A stretch of DNA of 64,000 bases from Hydrolagus colliei (taxonomy: Eukaryota), in contig CM068761.1 in NCBI GenBank assembly GCA_035084275.1, forward strand, positions 9,238,001-9,302,000, in the 5' to 3' direction. Shown in pieces: positions 62,487 to 64,000 of this stretch. The position numbers and the translations under genes were made by a program. Below the pieces are notes generated by a model, which was given only the letters and a program-made list of their open reading frames with translations, had not been told where the DNA came from and ran no database searches. The stretch's first letter is position 1, and every line of letters begins with the position of its first letter.

Positions 62487-63241
62487 ATGGCCCCTCATAC
62501 TGCAGGCGTCATTGAGAGGGAATATTCCGAAGAAAAGGTCACCAGGAAAGAGAAGTACAAGGTAATAACAGCTTTGCTTAACAAGAGAGGTGTCTTGTGT
62601 TTCTGAATCATTCAATATCTTATGCTGCGCATAAATTCTTTTTTTTTAACCTTCTAATATTAAAACTCGTGTTTGCTTTTCTCTCTTCCCCCCCAGTTGA
62701 TGAAACCAGTGATAGAGAAAAAGCGACGAGATCGAATAAACCACAGTATCGAACAGCTCAAGACTCTGCTGGAAAGAGAGTTTCAGAATCAAGAACCAAA
62801 CATGAAACTGGAGAAAGCCGACATCCTAGAGATGACAGTGAATTTCTTGAAGCTTCACAACCAGCGCCTATTCACAGGTAATTAACCACATCGTTTTGAT
62901 TCATGGATCGATAGATAAATGGTATTATTTACCAGATTGCCTCCCCTTTGCCTTTGCGAACCTCTCTCTAAATCTCACCTTTTATTTTCTTACCTGCAGT
63001 GACCTACACCACGAGCCTAACGCAGAATTACAATGAAGGATACTCGCGCTGTCTTCAAGAGATTCAGCAGTTTTCTTTTGCACAAGAGAGCAAGAACGAC
63101 ATTCAGAAGAAACTCGTGAATCATTTGCACGGAGCTCAGAATCCATGTAAACCCGCTGTGCCCGCTGTAACCCATCACCCCAACACAGCCAACAAGCAGA
63201 CAGCTCACCCAAGCACCAAAGTGCTTTGGAGACCCTGGTAG
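62487..63241 (+). CDS. HES5: HES5-like bHLH-Orange transcriptional repressor, 165 aa
   Basis: Exons 62487-62561, 62697-62877 and 63000-63241 (all GT-AG, 498 nt). LMKPVIEKKRRDRINHSIEQLKTLLEREF...KLEKADILEMTVNFL, Orange YNEGYSRCLQE, C-terminal WRPW. The MAP start and exon layout fit HES5. Confidence 0.92.
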
Positions 63242-63857
63242 AGGGGTTTAGGGAGGTGGTGGGGGGTGGTGAGGTGGGGGTGAAGGCACATATGGACATT
63301 CCCTAGACCTTTGAGAAGAAGTTACACAACACAAACACACCAGGGGCGTTCTCTGGTGTCAGGCGGTATTCCAGAATGGAAGCAAGTGTGACTTTATTAT
63401 CTTCACATTGAAGAACACGTGTACTGTACTGATCGATTTATGATTTAATTTTAAATGGTGTAATTTGCTGTACCGTCATACTTTATGACATGTACTCTTC
63501 TACAATATTTGTAGGTGACTGAAACCATGCCTGGAACTGACAACGAACTCGGCTGATATCGCCTGCTGTTGTATGTAGGCTGTACCTGCACCGAAGTTGT
63601 TCTTTTATAAAGAAGTGTCAGTGGTGTGTTATGAAGTAGTCTTCTTACTGAGGAGTGTTTTCATCTTTTAAAGGGTGGATGTGTATGCATATTTCTATAT
63701 GATTAAAGCTTTATGGTGTATTTTGTTTGTAAATGTTGATTATAAATCTATCTGATTGCAATGCTCTGCCATTTTCGTTCGGATCAGAGCTGTTTTCTGC
63801 TGTTTGTTGTATTCCTAAGATGTTACATATTGTTAAACAAGATCATCATATTTCATA

Positions 63858-63915
63858 TATCATCTCCTATAGAGATAGCAAAGATAGTGGTTTGCTATCT
63901 CTATAGGAGATGATA
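63858..63915. repeat. Perfect 25-bp inverted repeat with 8-nt loop
   Basis: TATCATCTCCTATAGAGATAGCAAA-gatagtgg-TTTGCTATCTCTATAGGAGATGATA. Confidence 0.95.
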
Positions 63916-64000
63916 CTTGTATGTCTACTGTGTAAATACAACCTTCAGTGGTAACATTGCTTCATCTGAACATATGGTTGTTGCATTTGTCCGTTCAATG

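Noticed and set aside
62065-63299. Antisense ORFs over HES5 (62065..62475, 62982..63299)
   Set aside because: No recognisable domain; explained by the opposite-strand gene and promoter.

Overview
Eukaryotic genomic DNA from a cartilaginous fish, inferred from germline-joined Ig light-chain clusters and a CR1/L2/tRNA-SINE repeat landscape; the species cannot be determined from sequence alone. Gene order: exons 2-3 of D-dopachrome tautomerase (DDT, +), two head-to-tail lambda-type immunoglobulin light-chain clusters (leader, germline-fused VJ, C; both on -), an 8-exon type II transmembrane C-type lectin (+; QPD/WND sugar site, ITIM-like tail) and a 3-exon HES5-like bHLH-Orange-WRPW gene (+). 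The two Ig clusters sit in a tandem duplication. Their C exons and about 2 kb of 3' flank are nearly identical, the distal flank is more diverged, and the V regions and J-C introns are very different. A large part of the remaining sequence is decayed L2 and CR1 LINEs and tRNA-derived SINEs, which account for most ORFs in the six-frame track. There is one 260-N assembly gap. All percent identities are by-eye estimates, not computed alignments.
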